Shown one piece after another: positions 62,033-64,000 of a stretch of DNA of 64,000 nt. The notes under the pieces are model-generated. The model was not told where the DNA came from, searched no databases, and saw only the letters and a program-made list of their open reading frames with translations. Positions within the stretch are counted from its first letter, which is position 1; every line of letters begins with the position of its first letter. The stretch is taken from contig CBDFFH010000027.1 in the NCBI GenBank assembly GCA_965246715.1, positions 96,001 through 160,000 of the forward strand, in the 5' to 3' direction. The position numbers and the translations under genes were made by a program. The stretch is from Chamaesiphon sp. (GTDB lineage Bacteria > Cyanobacteriota > Cyanobacteriia > Cyanobacteriales > Chamaesiphonaceae).

Positions 62033-62617
62033 TTAATCGGCGAAATCTATCACGTTCTTGCTGTCTTGAATATATTGCTTAGGAGTGATACAAATCAGTC
62101 GCTTGAAATGTAAACCAAAGTGGCTTTGCGAGTCAAAGCCAGTTTCTGAGACGACTCGATCGATCGACCAGTCTTGACTGAGGAAACGTTTTGGTCGGTG
62201 AGATCGCGATCGTGGACTAACGGCAGCGGGAAAAATGGCAGATCTGTTTCGCGTCCAGCAACTTCGATCGCCACTTGTTGAAGTAAATCTAAACCGATCC
62301 GCAGTCCTCTAAAAGTGTAATCTCGTTGGCGGAGGCTCTTGCCTGAAGAGTTATCAGTCGAATCCGCCTGATGTGCTTCGCCCTGTTGTGTTATCACTAA
62401 TGTATTTGCTGGCACGTTGTGAGTCGTGCCTCTGTAATTAAACTGCCAGCCGTTACCCTGCTTGATATTTAGCTCCAGTTCTTCGTGAAAATGACGGGGC
62501 AATGAATGAGCACTTTGACCAGCACTATGCAATAACTCGATTACCTCCGGTAGGCTACGCCAACGAGGGTAGATAATGCGATCGCCAGATTCGAGTACGT
62601 GACTGCTGTGCTTTCAT
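62033..62617 (-). pseudogene. AraC regulator with micro-element insertions and an internal deletion
   Basis: 22-bp insertion at 62542-62563 in the PS^IE codons, another near 62326-62352; central part missing; 3' tail intact. Confidence 0.85.
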
Positions 62618-62983
62618 CGGTTATTTTAGGTACTAGTGGGAGGGCAAGGGGAACGCATCAAAATGGGATCTATTTCGATCGAATTTACCCATAAAGATTT
62701 ACCTGCTTTTCGATCTCGATCGCAAATTTAATTAGGGTACTGCGAATTGCAATATGATAATTAGCTATATTTGTGCGTATCTTGTGTCATTAAAACTCTT
62801 GATACTTATCTGTAATTTGTAAAACTACAATCTAACTGTAAACCAAGTTAGATCTAAAATCACTCTGTCGAAAGTACTGGTTTTATATTTACAAGCAAAC
62901 ATAAAACTAAACACACAAATTATTGCAGATGGCCAAAAATATTTATTGAAACCCCGCCAAAAATTTAGGAAACTCCTGTCGTG

Positions 62984-63706
62984 TTATCCGCGAGATTGAG
63001 GAATAGGATTGCGTCTGGTGTACCAAGCGTGCATCAGCAGATTTTGAAAGAATAGTACAGGTGAGTCGAATCCTCCTACTGCAATAATTGAGGCAACTTC
63101 TGACGGTGGTAGCACAGCCACATCGCGACCATAGGCGGCACTAATTTTAGCCCGAACCATTTCAATTGGCATCCCAGCAGATGCCATTATCCGCAGCCAA
63201 ATATCCAGAAGTTCTGGATAGGTTAAAGCAGATCGATCGTAAGCAAGATCGGCATTAATCATATACCCCTGAGAGCGCAGTCTTACAGCAATCTGATGAA
63301 AAAAGTTGCGCCGTTCCTCTGGTTGTAATAAGAACTGAGACACAAACAGGCAAGTTGCTGCATCAAATGTGTCCGATCCAGGTAGTGAATCAAGATAACC
63401 TTCGTAAAAAGTACAGCGGGAAGTGATGCCAATATCTTCGACCCGCTGGCGACAAATATCCAGCATCGGTGCCGCAGGCTCTACCAATGTGAACCGCCAT
63501 TGAGGAAAGGCTTGGGCAAGATCGATTACTTCTGAACCAGTGCCGACACCAACGCAGAGGATCTGGGCATCGCTTGGAAGTTCGGACAATATCCTACGCA
63601 TGAGAAAATTCAGTGCATCGCGTGTCGGCGCAAACACGGCATTCCCTTTGTCATAGGAAGAAGCCATTTGCCGATCGAACACAATAGCTGATTCTTGATT
63701 TGTCAT
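62984..63706 (-). CDS. class I SAM-dependent methyltransferase
   Basis: ILCVGVGTG, VEPAAPML and FDAATC motifs; start at ATG 63706. Confidence 0.85.
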   Translation of the reverse strand: MTNQESAIVFDRQMASSYDKGNAVFAPTRDALNFLMRRILSELPSDAQILCVGVGTGSEVIDLAQAFPQWRFTLVEPAAPMLDICRQRVEDIGITSRCTFYEGYLDSLPGSDTFDAATCLFVSQFLLQPEERRNFFHQIAVRLRSQGYMINADLAYDRSALTYPELLDIWLRIMASAGMPIEMVRAKISAAYGRDVAVLPPSEVASIIAVGGFDSPVLFFQNLLMHAWYTRRNPIPQSRG

Positions 63707-63797
63707 AATAAAACTAATAGTCAATCTAGTTTTACCATAGCGACTAGATCGACTATGGGCTACCAAATTATTGCTCAGTTTGTCAAAAACTTGCCCA

Positions 63798-63915
63798 TCA
63801 ACCTTTCCGATACATGTTAGGTGTGCCTGTAGTAAATCGACAAAACGTGGCGGCAAAGTGGCTTTGACTCGCAAATCCAAGCTGATAACTAATATCGCTA
63901 ATGGGTAATTGCGTC
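63798..63915 (-). pseudogene. C-terminal fragment of another AraC gene
   Basis: QLPISDISYQLGFASQSHFAATFCRFTTGTPNMYRKG followed by a stop. Confidence 0.65.
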
Positions 63916-64000
63916 ATAGGGCACTGGTCTGTTAAAGAGGGAGAGATGAAAAGCTGCGCTGAGTCAAGAGTTCATGGATAGAAAATGGGCGAAGAGAGTA

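Noticed and set aside
32547..62566. Recurrent CGATTACCTCCGGTAGGCTACGCCAACG as a CRISPR repeat
   Set aside because: The copies are dispersed, occur in both orientations and inside genes, and have no regular spacers or cas genes. They are the micro-elements.
1..64000. rRNA, tRNA, replication initiator or relaxase
   Set aside because: None was recognised by eye, so plasmid versus chromosomal location remains unresolved.

Overview
This looks like cyanobacterial accessory DNA, judging by the very frequent CGATCG/GCGATCGC (HIP1-type) palindromes; it is probably a plasmid or an integrated plasmid-derived island. It has three parts. (1) 1-10.7 kb: redox and hydrolase genes, two integron-like single-cassette modules and a multi-GAF two-component system. 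(2) 10.9-28 kb: plasmid/conjugation genes, with a vapBC-pilin-virB3-virB4 block present twice in inverted orientation and broken by ISKra4, IS630 and IS5 elements. (3) 28-64 kb: an expanded, decaying set of AraC-associated SDR/NmrA/MDR/cupin/hydrolase/MFS genes, a GH65-beta-PGM fusion, a Nif11-type peptide, a DarTG toxin-antitoxin pair and a third integron-like module. The most notable hidden structures are: about 20 copies of a 22-27 bp double-hairpin micro-element inserted at CG^ATC(G), with filled and empty sites both visible; three attI-like sites each carrying one gene cassette next to decayed intI; araC 3' tails kept upstream of redox genes after the rest of araC was lost; and a 137-bp MITE in two copies. 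I recognised no rRNA, tRNA or CRISPR array. All product calls come from motif recognition by eye, not database searches.
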